64,000 nucleotides of DNA from Promethearchaeota archaeon (GTDB lineage: Archaea > Asgardarchaeota > Lokiarchaeia > Sigyniarchaeales > SOKP01). Position numbers and translations under genes: made by a program. The stretch covers positions 1 through 64,000 of the forward strand of contig RDOA01000015.1 of the NCBI GenBank assembly GCA_011364925.1. Direction: 5' to 3'. Below, piece after piece: positions 18,769-28,418 of the stretch; position 1 is the first letter of the stretch; each line of letters opens with the position of its first letter. The notes under the pieces are model-generated. The model was not told where the DNA came from and searched no databases. It worked only from the letters and a program-made list of their open reading frames with translations.

Positions 18769-20160
18769 ATGAAATTCGTCGTCTTAAATGGCAGCCCTAA
18801 AGGTGATGAAAGTGTTACAATGCAATATATTCATTATATCAAGAAGAAACATCCAGAGCACGAATATAATATTATTAATGTAGCGCAGCAAATTAAAAAG
18901 ATTGAAAAAGATGAAGAAAGATTTAATAACATTATACTCCAAGTAAAAGAAGCAGATGGTGTGATTTGGGGGTTTCCTTTATATGTTATGTTAGTATGCT
19001 CCCAATATAAGCGATTTATTGAACTCATCTTTGAGAGGAATGCTGAAGCTGCCTTTGAAAATAAATACACGATTGTTCTATCAACTTCTATTCATTTCTA
19101 TGACCACACTGCTCAAAATTATATGCAAAGTATAAGCGACGATTTAAGTATGAAGTACGTAGGGAATTACCCAGCAGATAGTTGGGACCTTCTGTGGCCA
19201 AAGCGCAGGGCTCGATGGTTATTGTTTGCCGAAGAATTTATTAATCATATCGAAAACAACTATCCCACTTCAAGACATTATACTCCTTTAAATCCAAGAG
19301 ACTTTGAATACAAACTTGGTAAACGTTTAGATGATTCCGAGAAAATTGATACAAGTGGTAAAAAGATTCTTGTTCTAAGCGATGAAACCGGTGAGAATAC
19401 GAATTTGGGAAAGATGATAAAGAGATTTAAAGATTCTTTTTCGAGCGAGATAGAAGTTATTAATCTTTACGATGTAGATATAAAGGGCGGATGCATCTCT
19501 TGTTTACAATGTGGTTACGATCATCAATGTTCATATATCGGAAAGGATGGTTTTATCGATTTCTGGGAAAGTAAGGCAATGACTTCTGATATTCTGGTTT
19601 TTGCTGGTGTAATAAAAGATCGATATCTCTCAGCAAGATGGAAAATGGTACAAGATCGTGCCTTTTACATGACGCATACACCCTCACTAATAGGAAAACA
19701 GATGGGTTACATTGTCTCTGGACCGTTAAGTCAAATTCCAAATCTTGCTGAGATGTTTCAAGCTCACATAGAATTGCAAGGCTCAAATTTTGTGGACATT
19801 ATTACTGATGAATTTGGGACGTCGGAAGAGATAGATGCTTTACTTCACGATTTTGCTAGAAGGTTAGTTAACTTTTCCAATGTTGATTACTTTAAACCCT
19901 TAACATTTTTAGGAGAAGGAGGACAAAAGATATGGCGCGATGATGTTTATGGAAGAGATCGATTTGTATTCCTAGCTGACCATGAGTATTACGAGAAACA
20001 TGGATACTATGATACATTTCCGCAAAACGACGAGCGTGCTAAAAAGATGAACGAAAAATTAATCCCGTTAATGAGAATAGATAAAATAAGAAAGAAAACT
20101 AACATGAAACAAGAATTTCTTCGTCCTTTTCTGAGAGTAATTGAGGATCCTAATAAATAA
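18769..20160 (+). CDS. Tandem flavodoxin-like / NAD(P)H-dependent FMN reductase family protein
   Basis: VLNGSPK, ADGVIWGFPLY; second domain with CISCLQC..C (iron-sulfur flavoprotein-like); start at ATG 18769. Confidence 0.85.
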   Translation: MKFVVLNGSPKGDESVTMQYIHYIKKKHPEHEYNIINVAQQIKKIEKDEERFNNIILQVKEADGVIWGFPLYVMLVCSQYKRFIELIFERNAEAAFENKYTIVLSTSIHFYDHTAQNYMQSISDDLSMKYVGNYPADSWDLLWPKRRARWLLFAEEFINHIENNYPTSRHYTPLNPRDFEYKLGKRLDDSEKIDTSGKKILVLSDETGENTNLGKMIKRFKDSFSSEIEVINLYDVDIKGGCISCLQCGYDHQCSYIGKDGFIDFWESKAMTSDILVFAGVIKDRYLSARWKMVQDRAFYMTHTPSLIGKQMGYIVSGPLSQIPNLAEMFQAHIELQGSNFVDIITDEFGTSEEIDALLHDFARRLVNFSNVDYFKPLTFLGEGGQKIWRDDVYGRDRFVFLADHEYYEKHGYYDTFPQNDERAKKMNEKLIPLMRIDKIRKKTNMKQEFLRPFLRVIEDPNK

Positions 20161-20182
20161 TACATAAATGAATTGAGTATTA

Positions 20183-20365
20183 ATGGCATGGGGAGGCTCG
20201 TTAAATAAGGAAGGTTCTGAACATCTGAGAAATCTAAGAGAAGCTGATAAAGTATTAAAGTTTCTTGAGGGATTAAAGCAAGAATTGAAAGCTGATGATC
20301 AATCGATAGTATCAGAAACAATCAAAATTATTGTAAAGCACTACACAAAAAAGTCTGGAAGTTAG
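20183..20365 (+). CDS. Small hypothetical protein
   Basis: 60 aa helical ORF that fills the gap, ATG start. Confidence 0.6.
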   Translation: MAWGGSLNKEGSEHLRNLREADKVLKFLEGLKQELKADDQSIVSETIKIIVKHYTKKSGS

Positions 20366-20991
20366 ATGGATTGAATTAATTTTTTAATTACTTTTATCAG
20401 TTTATCAGCTTCATCTTTTATTGTTTTAGTAAGATTTATTTCGAAGAACGGGAGCTCAATGTTATTCGATCGCTCTTCAAGAGATATAGTTTCTTCTTTA
20501 TAGAGCTTTAGATCTTTAAACCCCTCTAAACTTTCGGGAACAAATCCGATCATAAAAACATTTAACTCCGATAATTTTTCTACAATTAAATCAATTACAA
20601 TATGTACGGGAATAGTGTGAGTAGATATTGGCACATATTCCTTAATCGATTCACGTTCCAATATAGATATTGTTCCCGGAGGTTTGTTCAGAGTGCAAGT
20701 GTCAATTAGGATGAGATATTCTGGATTGAAGTTAACGACATCATCAACTCGAGCCATAGGATCTGTTCCGGCGTTTAGAAATAGGAACTTTTCGTTATCA
20801 GCCCAAGGAAGGAGCTCACTAATAATATAGGGCCCAACCCCGTCGTCGGATAATTTCTCTTCTCCAATCCCCATAAAGACTATCCTGTCAACTCCACTTA
20901 GTCTGTCTAAAAATAAGCGGTATAGTTCATCCACAATAATTTTATGAATTGTTTTTTTTACATTAATTTTTGTGTTTGAAATGAAATACAA
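20362..20991 (-). CDS. Hydrogenase maturation protease, HycI-like (start uncertain)
   Basis: GIGEEKLSDDGVGP, ILIDTC, PGTI and ISTHTIP. Confidence 0.85.
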   Translation of the reverse strand: MYFISNTKINVKKTIHKIIVDELYRLFLDRLSGVDRIVFMGIGEEKLSDDGVGPYIISELLPWADNEKFLFLNAGTDPMARVDDVVNFNPEYLILIDTCTLNKPPGTISILERESIKEYVPISTHTIPVHIVIDLIVEKLSELNVFMIGFVPESLEGFKDLKLYKEETISLEERSNNIELPFFEINLTKTIKDEADKLIKVIKKLIQSI

Positions 20992-21032
20992 TTTAGTAAT
21001 TTTTTTTATGAATACTATACTCTTTTTTTATT

Positions 21033-21917
21033 ATGTTATTAAAAGGGAAAAATATAGTAGTTACTGGTAGCGGAAGGGGTATTGGAAAATCTGTAGCAAT
21101 TGCATGCGCTAAAGAAGGAGCAAATATAGGATTGATATCAAGAACATTAGAAGAATTGGAGGATACTAAACAAAAAATCCTTGATCTTAACACAGGAGTA
21201 AAGGTTGTCTTAAAAACAGCAGATGTCACAAAATTTGAAGATATTGAGAATGCGATTAAGAGTTTCGCAAGTGAGCTTGGTTCACTAAATGGTGTTATCG
21301 CGAATGCGGGTTATTCCCGTATGTGGGCAACTCATGAATTTGATAATGAGAAGTTTTCTCAGATCTTGGATGTTAATATTTTGGGTGTTTTTCATACATT
21401 TAAAGCATCATATCCTTACATGAAAAAAGATGATAAAAATGATAAAGCAAGATTTGTAATCACTGGTAGTGAGGCATATCCTAACGCACCATCAAGACTT
21501 ATTGCGTATGTTGCTAGCAAATACGCAGTGGTAGGAATGCAAAAAGCATTAGCAGCGGAGTATAAACGAGAAAATATCAATTTTAACATGGTCTTGCCTA
21601 CACAGGTAGATACGCGTCTATTAAGAGGAAAAAATGCTGGAGATGGTAATAAAGCGGCTCATGTCTTAAATCCATGGGATTTGAACGAATTCTATGTCTT
21701 TCTTTTAAGTGATTATGCCAATAGAGTTGACAATGCTTTGATTTTTACCCAGGATTTAAACGAAGTCAAAAAACTATTAGCTGAAGCCCCTGCTGGAAAG
21801 AAAGAAAATTGGGAAGTTTTTAAAGATTATTTAGAAGAAATAGCTCCTCAAATTTTTGAAAATGTAAAAAATCTTGGAAAACTAGTGGATTTTATCATTG
21901 AAAGAATGAATAAATAA
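21033..21917 (+). CDS. SDR family oxidoreductase
   Basis: TGSGRGIG, ANAG and YVASK (YxxxK). Confidence 0.92.
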   Translation: MLLKGKNIVVTGSGRGIGKSVAIACAKEGANIGLISRTLEELEDTKQKILDLNTGVKVVLKTADVTKFEDIENAIKSFASELGSLNGVIANAGYSRMWATHEFDNEKFSQILDVNILGVFHTFKASYPYMKKDDKNDKARFVITGSEAYPNAPSRLIAYVASKYAVVGMQKALAAEYKRENINFNMVLPTQVDTRLLRGKNAGDGNKAAHVLNPWDLNEFYVFLLSDYANRVDNALIFTQDLNEVKKLLAEAPAGKKENWEVFKDYLEEIAPQIFENVKNLGKLVDFIIERMNK

Positions 21918-22016
21918 GTGCTACCTATTTTTAATCTAGTAGATATACTGTAAGAATTATTTAATGCTAAAAATGATTAGATTCTTTAAAAATGAAATCC
22001 TAAAAATCATAAGCAG

Positions 22017-22634
22017 ATGACCGAAAAACGGAATGAAGAAGCGGAAAAAGCAGAAAAAGCTCAGTTTGAAGGGATTCTTCAAAAAGATAAGTTAATTATC
22101 TCTAATCTAGATGGCATTAATGAAATCTATTTTAATTCTTACATCGGTACTTTGGAAAAAAATGATGATAATAAGGAAATATTAGTTTTAGATCCTGTAG
22201 AAGTTTTATTATTATGTGAACGAAAGCGGATTTTAGTATATTCTGACATAATCAGAACAGAAGAAAATCTATACGAATTCGAAGATTTGTTGGAATATTT
22301 TAGCCAATTTGACGATCGCTTATGGCAGAAATACATTATCTACATGGATCTTCGCAAGAGAGGTTATATCGTCCGAGCGGGATACGGAGAAGGCATCGAT
22401 TTCCGTGTATATAAAAGAGGAGCTGATTTTGAAAAAGATTCGGCGAAATTTTTGATATATCCCGTTTTTGAAGGTTATCCTATCGATTTAAGAGACCTTG
22501 ACAAAATGTCGCGAGTAGCGATGAGCTCACGCAAAGACCTCGTAGTAGCTACTGTTGACAGACTGAGTAAACCAATTTACTACAGTGTTAATAAATTTGA
22601 AATTATGAATAAAGTGGAAGAGGAGGAGGAATAG
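22017..22634 (+). CDS. endA: tRNA-intron endonuclease family subunit (possibly structural)
   Basis: YMDLRKRGYIVRAG..GIDFRVY...RVAMSSRKDLVVA. Confidence 0.85.
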   Translation: MTEKRNEEAEKAEKAQFEGILQKDKLIISNLDGINEIYFNSYIGTLEKNDDNKEILVLDPVEVLLLCERKRILVYSDIIRTEENLYEFEDLLEYFSQFDDRLWQKYIIYMDLRKRGYIVRAGYGEGIDFRVYKRGADFEKDSAKFLIYPVFEGYPIDLRDLDKMSRVAMSSRKDLVVATVDRLSKPIYYSVNKFEIMNKVEEEEE

Positions 22635-22635
22635 A

Positions 22636-24297
22636 TTGTCAGAAAAGTATGCGTGTGATACTTCAATCATATTCAACGGAATCGTGTTAGAACTGATAAA
22701 TGATGGCGACTTAGGTGATATGCCAGAGATATATGTCCCTAACGTAGTTGTTGCTGAAGTTGAATATCGGACCAATGTGCAAAAAGAAATAGGATTTTAC
22801 GGTTTAAATGTGTTAAAAGAACTAAGGCAATTACACAACGAAGGTAAAATAATTCTTCATATAGTAGGAAAGCGTCCTACTAGAGAAGAAATAAAAATGA
22901 GTCCGGGTGGAGAACTTGATGCCCTCATTAGAAAATCAGCGTTAGAATACAACGCAACTTTAATTACTGCAGATAGGATACAAGGCGATGTTGGCATTTT
23001 CGAAGGACTTAATATCATGTATGCAAAAGAAAAGATAATTCCTAAGAAAAATGAACCACTTTCGTTGAAATTACTAGAATATTTTGACGAAAATACAATG
23101 AGTGTGCATCTTAAGCAAGGATTGCCTCCATATGCTAAGAAAGGTAGCCCAGGGAACTGGTATTTAGAAAAGATAGGAGAAGAACAAATATCTGCAAAAC
23201 TAATAGATGAAATTGCTATTGAAATAATAGAAATGGTTAGAGAAGACGAACATTCATTTGTCGAAATTGAAAAAATTGGTGCTGTAGTCGCTCAATTGCG
23301 AGAATTTAGGATCGTGATAACCCGTCCTCCATTTTCTAACGATGTTGAAATCACAGCAGTTCATCCACTTGTGACGCTTGCATTAAGAGACTATGCCATT
23401 GATTCTCGACTCCATAAAAGATTAGAAAAAGCAGAAGGAATTTTAGTAGCGGGAGCTCCTGGTGCAGGAAAAAGTACTTTTTCAGCAGCTTTAGCAAACT
23501 TTTATTTAGAAAAAGGTAAGGTTGTAAAAACATTAGAAAGCGTTCGAGATTTACAAGTTAAAGATGAAATCACGCAGTATACTAAATTAGAAGGAAGTCT
23601 CGAAAATTCCGCCGATATCCTCTTATTAGTAAGACCTGACTTCACAATTTTCGATGAAGTTCGTACAACGAATGATTTTCAAATCTACGCTGATTTTCGA
23701 CTTTCAGGTGTAGGCATGGTCGGAGTCGTTCATTCTTCCTCTGCTATTGATGCAATTCAGAGGTTTATAGGTCGAATTGAGCTTGGAATGCTCCCATCGA
23801 TAATAGACACGATTGTTTTTATTGAGGGTGGAGATATTTCAACAGTTTTAATTCTTAAAATGACAGTAAAAGTTCCACATGGATTTAGAGATAAGGATTT
23901 GGCCAGGCCTGTTGTAGAAGTGAGAGATTTTAAAACTGACCGATTAGTTTATGAAATTTACTCTTTCGGTCAAGATATTGTAATTAATCCAATAAATCCT
24001 ATTGATCATAAAAGTTCTTTTAAACCCAGAGAACAATATCGAATCGATCACTTTGGCAGAAAGAAAAAAGAAGAGGAGATTGAATTAGATGTCGAGATCA
24101 CAAAGCAGAAAATAGTCATAAAAGCGAGCCCTGAATACGCAAGTAGCAACATTATTGTATATGCTAATGGGTATGAAATCTTTACTGGCTCTTTAAGTCG
24201 TTCTAGCAGTATTACGCTCTCTCTTTCGAATAAGGAAGGAAGGAGGGTTCTAAAAGAATTCGATAGAAATAAAAAATTATACGGAATTTTAAAATGA
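22636..24297 (+). CDS. PINc/VapC-family ATPase (PINA-like)
   Basis: N-terminal PIN domain (DTS..E..D), Walker A GAPGAGKST, RPDFTIFDEVR and GVVH. Confidence 0.92.
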   Translation: MSEKYACDTSIIFNGIVLELINDGDLGDMPEIYVPNVVVAEVEYRTNVQKEIGFYGLNVLKELRQLHNEGKIILHIVGKRPTREEIKMSPGGELDALIRKSALEYNATLITADRIQGDVGIFEGLNIMYAKEKIIPKKNEPLSLKLLEYFDENTMSVHLKQGLPPYAKKGSPGNWYLEKIGEEQISAKLIDEIAIEIIEMVREDEHSFVEIEKIGAVVAQLREFRIVITRPPFSNDVEITAVHPLVTLALRDYAIDSRLHKRLEKAEGILVAGAPGAGKSTFSAALANFYLEKGKVVKTLESVRDLQVKDEITQYTKLEGSLENSADILLLVRPDFTIFDEVRTTNDFQIYADFRLSGVGMVGVVHSSSAIDAIQRFIGRIELGMLPSIIDTIVFIEGGDISTVLILKMTVKVPHGFRDKDLARPVVEVRDFKTDRLVYEIYSFGQDIVINPINPIDHKSSFKPREQYRIDHFGRKKKEEEIELDVEITKQKIVIKASPEYASSNIIVYANGYEIFTGSLSRSSSITLSLSNKEGRRVLKEFDRNKKLYGILK

Positions 24298-24329
24298 ATC
24301 TTAGAAATTTTGATAATTGCTCTTTCTAA

Positions 24330-24710
24330 TTATTTGGATAATGCAATTCGAGCTCTTTTTATATCATCTACTCCAATGACAATTTTGTTATGCTCCGCTA
24401 AATAGATGAGATCAATATTAACACCAACATTGCCTATTTTACGGGCCAATTTCCCACCAGATCCTGGCTTTCCTGCAATATTGCCAATATCTAATACTAA
24501 TACCTCGCGTACTGCACTAACTTTAAAACCAGCGGATTCTAATACGTATTTGGCAACAGTTTCATCATCAACTAATATATGAATAATTCCTTCATCATTA
24601 AGGGGAATGCCACACAAACCATTCATATTTATACCATTTTTACCTAAAAGTTCTCCCATATCAGCTAACGTGCCAGGACTATTTTCCAATATAACGGTTA
24701 TATCTTTCAT
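24330..24710 (-). CDS. ACT domain (amino acid-binding) protein
   Basis: Tandem ACT repeats: LENSPGTLA...GINM and KPGSGG...GVNIDLIY. Confidence 0.85.
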   Translation of the reverse strand: MKDITVILENSPGTLADMGELLGKNGINMNGLCGIPLNDEGIIHILVDDETVAKYVLESAGFKVSAVREVLVLDIGNIAGKPGSGGKLARKIGNVGVNIDLIYLAEHNKIVIGVDDIKRARIALSK

Positions 24711-24808
24711 TTTTTTTCCTCTATAGTGATTTTTTCTATTGCTTAATTATGTCGACTCTATATTTAAGCTTTCTTTTGAGGTTGCATTCGATTCTTTCAT
24801 AATTTGTG

Positions 24809-26704
24809 CTATTTTGAGATATCAAGTGTAAATAAGACTTCTCCATATTCTACATTTTTTGATTTCATAGGATATCCACTATTATTAAGAATATAGAGCA
24901 TTGGTTTGTTTTCGAGAAGAATAGAACCTGTAAAATATTTGTAATTAAGCTCTCTAGCGATTGTAATTAGGTACTCTAGTAAAAATTTAGCGATTCCCGA
25001 CTTACGAAAATTTTTCTTAACAACTATACCCAATTCAACAGTAGAAGGTTGATGAGTTTTAAAAAAAGCTGCGGAAGCGACAATTTTCTGTTCACCTTCT
25101 TCAATAGTTTCTCCTACTATTATCATATCAGTTTGATAATCGATATTGACTAAAGGTTGCACAAATTTATGGGGGAATTGTCGATCGTGAGCGAAGAATC
25201 TTAAATATCTATCATTTTCGTCCAAAGAGTAATAAAGACCTTGCAATAATCGTTCATCCGTAGGTTTAACAGGTCGGATTTTAATATTTGTACCGTTTTG
25301 CATTTGAAAGTTTGTTTCATATTTATCGGGATACAAGCTTAACCTCCCATCGATAGATATTGGTAATTTTTGGTCGGAATATACATAGTTTATTTTTTTT
25401 GCATATCCCAAAAGTTCTTCTCTAAAATCTGGATGAGCTACATTAACAAGTTGTAAAACTCGTTCTCTTATACTCTTTCCGAAAAGATAAGCTATTCCCC
25501 ATTCAGTCACAACATAGTGGATGTCTCCCCTTGTTATAACTACTCCCGACCCAGGTTCAAGATATGGAACTATCCTAGAAATTACAGTCCCATCCTTTAA
25601 GGTAGCTGTACTTGGAAGCACAGCTATAGGTTTTCCGTCTTTAGAATGGTTTGCTCCTCTTACGAAATCTACTTGACCGCCTATTCCGCTATAAAATACA
25701 TGTCCTAACGAGTCAGCGTTCACTTGTCCCGTTAGATCAATGGTTAGAGTAGCATTAATTGCTACTTGTTTCTTATTTTGACTAATTATAAATGGATCAT
25801 TGCAGTAATTACTCGGATGGAACTCTACAAAAGGATTGTTATCTACAAAATCATAAAGCTTTCTTGATCCCATGACAAAGGAACAGATAATTTTGCCCTT
25901 ATGAATTGATTTCTTTTTACATGTTATTACTCCCTTCTCAACTAGATCAACGATACCATCTGAAAATACTTCACTATGAACTCCTAAGTCTTTTTTATCA
26001 TCTAATTCTGCTAAAACTGCATTTGGTATTGTTCCAATACCAGTCTGTATCGTCGATTCATCTTCTATAAGGGATGCAACATATTTTCCTATTTTTGTAA
26101 CTGTCTCGTCCGGAGGATCGTAAGTAAACTCAATAATATCGTGATCTGCTATAACAAACGCGTCGATATCATCCATATGAATAAATGAATCACCTAGCGT
26201 GCGAGGCATTTTAGGATTGATCTCAGCTATCACAAATTCAGCTGACTCTGCAATAGGTTTAGCAATATCTACATTTATTCCATAGCTACAAAAGCCGAAT
26301 TCATCAGGAGGACTTACTTGAATTAAAGCGGTCTTTAAATGCATTTGCCCTCGTTCAAAAAATTTTGGAATGTCTGAAAGTAACATGGGGGTGTAATCTG
26401 CTAAACCATGTTTGACAGCGTCTCGAAGATTTTCGCTTATAAAAAATACATTATGTCGAAATAAATCTTCTTTTCCTCCCGCAGTTTTATAATAATCGAG
26501 ATCAGACAAGCTTATAAAATGGATCATCTCGACATCTGAAAGCTGAGGTCCAAGTTCAATAAGTTTTGATGTGAGATTAATTGGTTCAGAACATCCAGAA
26601 TCGATAAAAATGCGATCTCCCGGTTTGATGTATCTTTTGATAGCATCTTCCACATTTACATGTTTACGTTTATATTTTTTAGTATTCATTAAATCAATTG
26701 ACAT
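24809..26704 (-). CDS. Acetyl-CoA hydrolase/CoA-transferase fused to a C-terminal Pat-type GNAT acetyltransferase
   Basis: QTGIGTIPNAV, GVHSE, SGIGGQVDF and VVTEWG; then IRPVKPTD...YLRFF, FRKSGIA and LENKPM. Confidence 0.92.
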   Translation of the reverse strand: MSIDLMNTKKYKRKHVNVEDAIKRYIKPGDRIFIDSGCSEPINLTSKLIELGPQLSDVEMIHFISLSDLDYYKTAGGKEDLFRHNVFFISENLRDAVKHGLADYTPMLLSDIPKFFERGQMHLKTALIQVSPPDEFGFCSYGINVDIAKPIAESAEFVIAEINPKMPRTLGDSFIHMDDIDAFVIADHDIIEFTYDPPDETVTKIGKYVASLIEDESTIQTGIGTIPNAVLAELDDKKDLGVHSEVFSDGIVDLVEKGVITCKKKSIHKGKIICSFVMGSRKLYDFVDNNPFVEFHPSNYCNDPFIISQNKKQVAINATLTIDLTGQVNADSLGHVFYSGIGGQVDFVRGANHSKDGKPIAVLPSTATLKDGTVISRIVPYLEPGSGVVITRGDIHYVVTEWGIAYLFGKSIRERVLQLVNVAHPDFREELLGYAKKINYVYSDQKLPISIDGRLSLYPDKYETNFQMQNGTNIKIRPVKPTDERLLQGLYYSLDENDRYLRFFAHDRQFPHKFVQPLVNIDYQTDMIIVGETIEEGEQKIVASAAFFKTHQPSTVELGIVVKKNFRKSGIAKFLLEYLITIARELNYKYFTGSILLENKPMLYILNNSGYPMKSKNVEYGEVLFTLDISK

Positions 26705-26737
26705 TAAATCAACCTATTTTTTAATTTGATTAGAATT

Positions 26738-27493
26738 TTAATTTGAACTCATCATTTCTTTTACTCTCTCAATAATTTTAGGAAGTACTTCTCCAATTTG
26801 CTCGAAAAACCTTAAATCAACTACGTCATCATAAGGTGTCTCGCCTTGATTTAAAATTATCAATTTTGCTCCGTTTCTCCATGCGATTCCTGGCATATTT
26901 GCTGCGGGAGTGACAACCAAGGATGACCCGACTACGAAAAAAACATCAGAACTTTGAGATCTTCTCTCTGACTCTAGGAGTTCGTCCATTGGTAAAGAAT
27001 CACCAAAGTTAACTATGCTTGAAATTAACCTGCCTCCGCAATCTGGACAATTTGGTTGATTTTTGCGAACTAATCCCGTCCTGTATCCCGAACCCCACTT
27101 TTTTTTATCCCAACCGGCTTCTTCAAAAGTGAGTTTTTTTCCGCAAGCTAAACACTTCATGAAATACATATTACCATGGAGTTCAGCTAATTTGTCAAAT
27201 GGTATGCCTGATTTTGCGTGGAGTCCATCTACATTCTGAGAGATTAGATAATCTAACTTACCTAATTGAAGTAATTCTAGAATGGCATAATGTCCTTGAT
27301 TTGGTTTAACTTGGTCCCATGGTGGTGATTTTGGGGGAGGCAAGCCTTTATCCCGACGAGTCCAGACTCCATCTGGACCTCTATAATCTGGTAACCCACT
27401 TTCTGTAGATATTCCAGCACCAGTGAATACAACAAGGTAATTAGATTCGTAAATCCATTTTGCGGCTAATTCAATTTTTTCTTCGAGTTCCAT
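26738..27493 (-). CDS. Sir2-family NAD-dependent deacylase, SIRT6/7 (class IV)-like
   Basis: [22 protein letters not shown], ELHGN, CxxC..CxxC and GSSL. Confidence 0.93.
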   Translation of the reverse strand: [251 protein letters not shown]

Positions 27494-27638
27494 ATTAATA
27501 GAATGAGTTTTTGAGAATAAAAATATAATTCATTCAGTTTCTTAAGAAAGTTTAATGATAATAAGTAAATATATTGAACTCCCATTTTATTTTAGCTTTA
27601 AAATTGAATAATCTAGATATGACATTAATTTCTTTTCC

Positions 27639-28373
27639 TCACGCGGGACTTTTCTTATCTAGTGAATCTACTAAATTGTTAAGATTCTCTTCCAAATTAT
27701 AGAATTCTATCATTCTATATGCACTTTCTATATCTCTCAAGCTTGATATATGATGAGAATCACATCCAATTGACACTTTAATGTTATATTCCTTCAATTT
27801 TTTAAAGAAGATTTCTTGTTTTGGAGAGTAAAATTGTGGATAACTTGAATTAAACTCTATTATTACATCATATTGTTTCAAAAAATCTACTAAGGTATCT
27901 AATCCTCTAATTATAAAAAATGAAGGATCAAAGTGAGCAAGCCCGACAATTGGGAAAATTGGGTATTTTTCTTCCCAATAAGTGAAAATCTTTTTTAGGA
28001 AAGCTATTCCTTCTAATGATTCGAGATATTCGAATAAAATCAAATCAAACCTGTTAGGAATGATATTATTAAGAATAAAATTTTCGGAACTACCCAAATC
28101 TATTTCAATTCCTTTGAGTAGTGTTAAATTTTTGTTCTCTTTTGAAATAAGTTCTTGATAGTACGTTATTTCGTCTAAATATCTCATAATTTTATCAAGG
28201 TTATTAAGATTAGGGATGTGATCGGCTTTCCATGAATCTGTAAAATGATCTGTTATACAGATGTATTCTAGATCAGTTTTCAAAGCAGCTTTTACTATTT
28301 GCTTAATTGAGTTTCTACCGTCTGAATAAGTCGAGTGAGTGTGTAAGTTTAATTTAGGGTAATCTATGTTCAT
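27639..28373 (-). CDS. PHP domain protein
   Basis: HTHSTYSDG, ITDH, GIE, AH and GCDSH. Confidence 0.9.
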   Translation of the reverse strand: MNIDYPKLNLHTHSTYSDGRNSIKQIVKAALKTDLEYICITDHFTDSWKADHIPNLNNLDKIMRYLDEITYYQELISKENKNLTLLKGIEIDLGSSENFILNNIIPNRFDLILFEYLESLEGIAFLKKIFTYWEEKYPIFPIVGLAHFDPSFFIIRGLDTLVDFLKQYDVIIEFNSSYPQFYSPKQEIFFKKLKEYNIKVSIGCDSHHISSLRDIESAYRMIEFYNLEENLNNLVDSLDKKSPA

Positions 28374-28418
28374 TGTATCTATTTTAAAATATTTGAGAGA
28401 AATTATACTTTAGGTAAA

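Noticed and set aside
20362-20991. Hydrogenase operon around the HycI-like protease
   Set aside because: No hydrogenase subunits in the window; orphan maturation proteases are ordinary.
22636-24297. Toxin-antitoxin or pilus ATPase interpretation of the PIN + ATPase gene
   Set aside because: The architecture fits the conserved archaeal PINA family; no antitoxin or pilin genes nearby.
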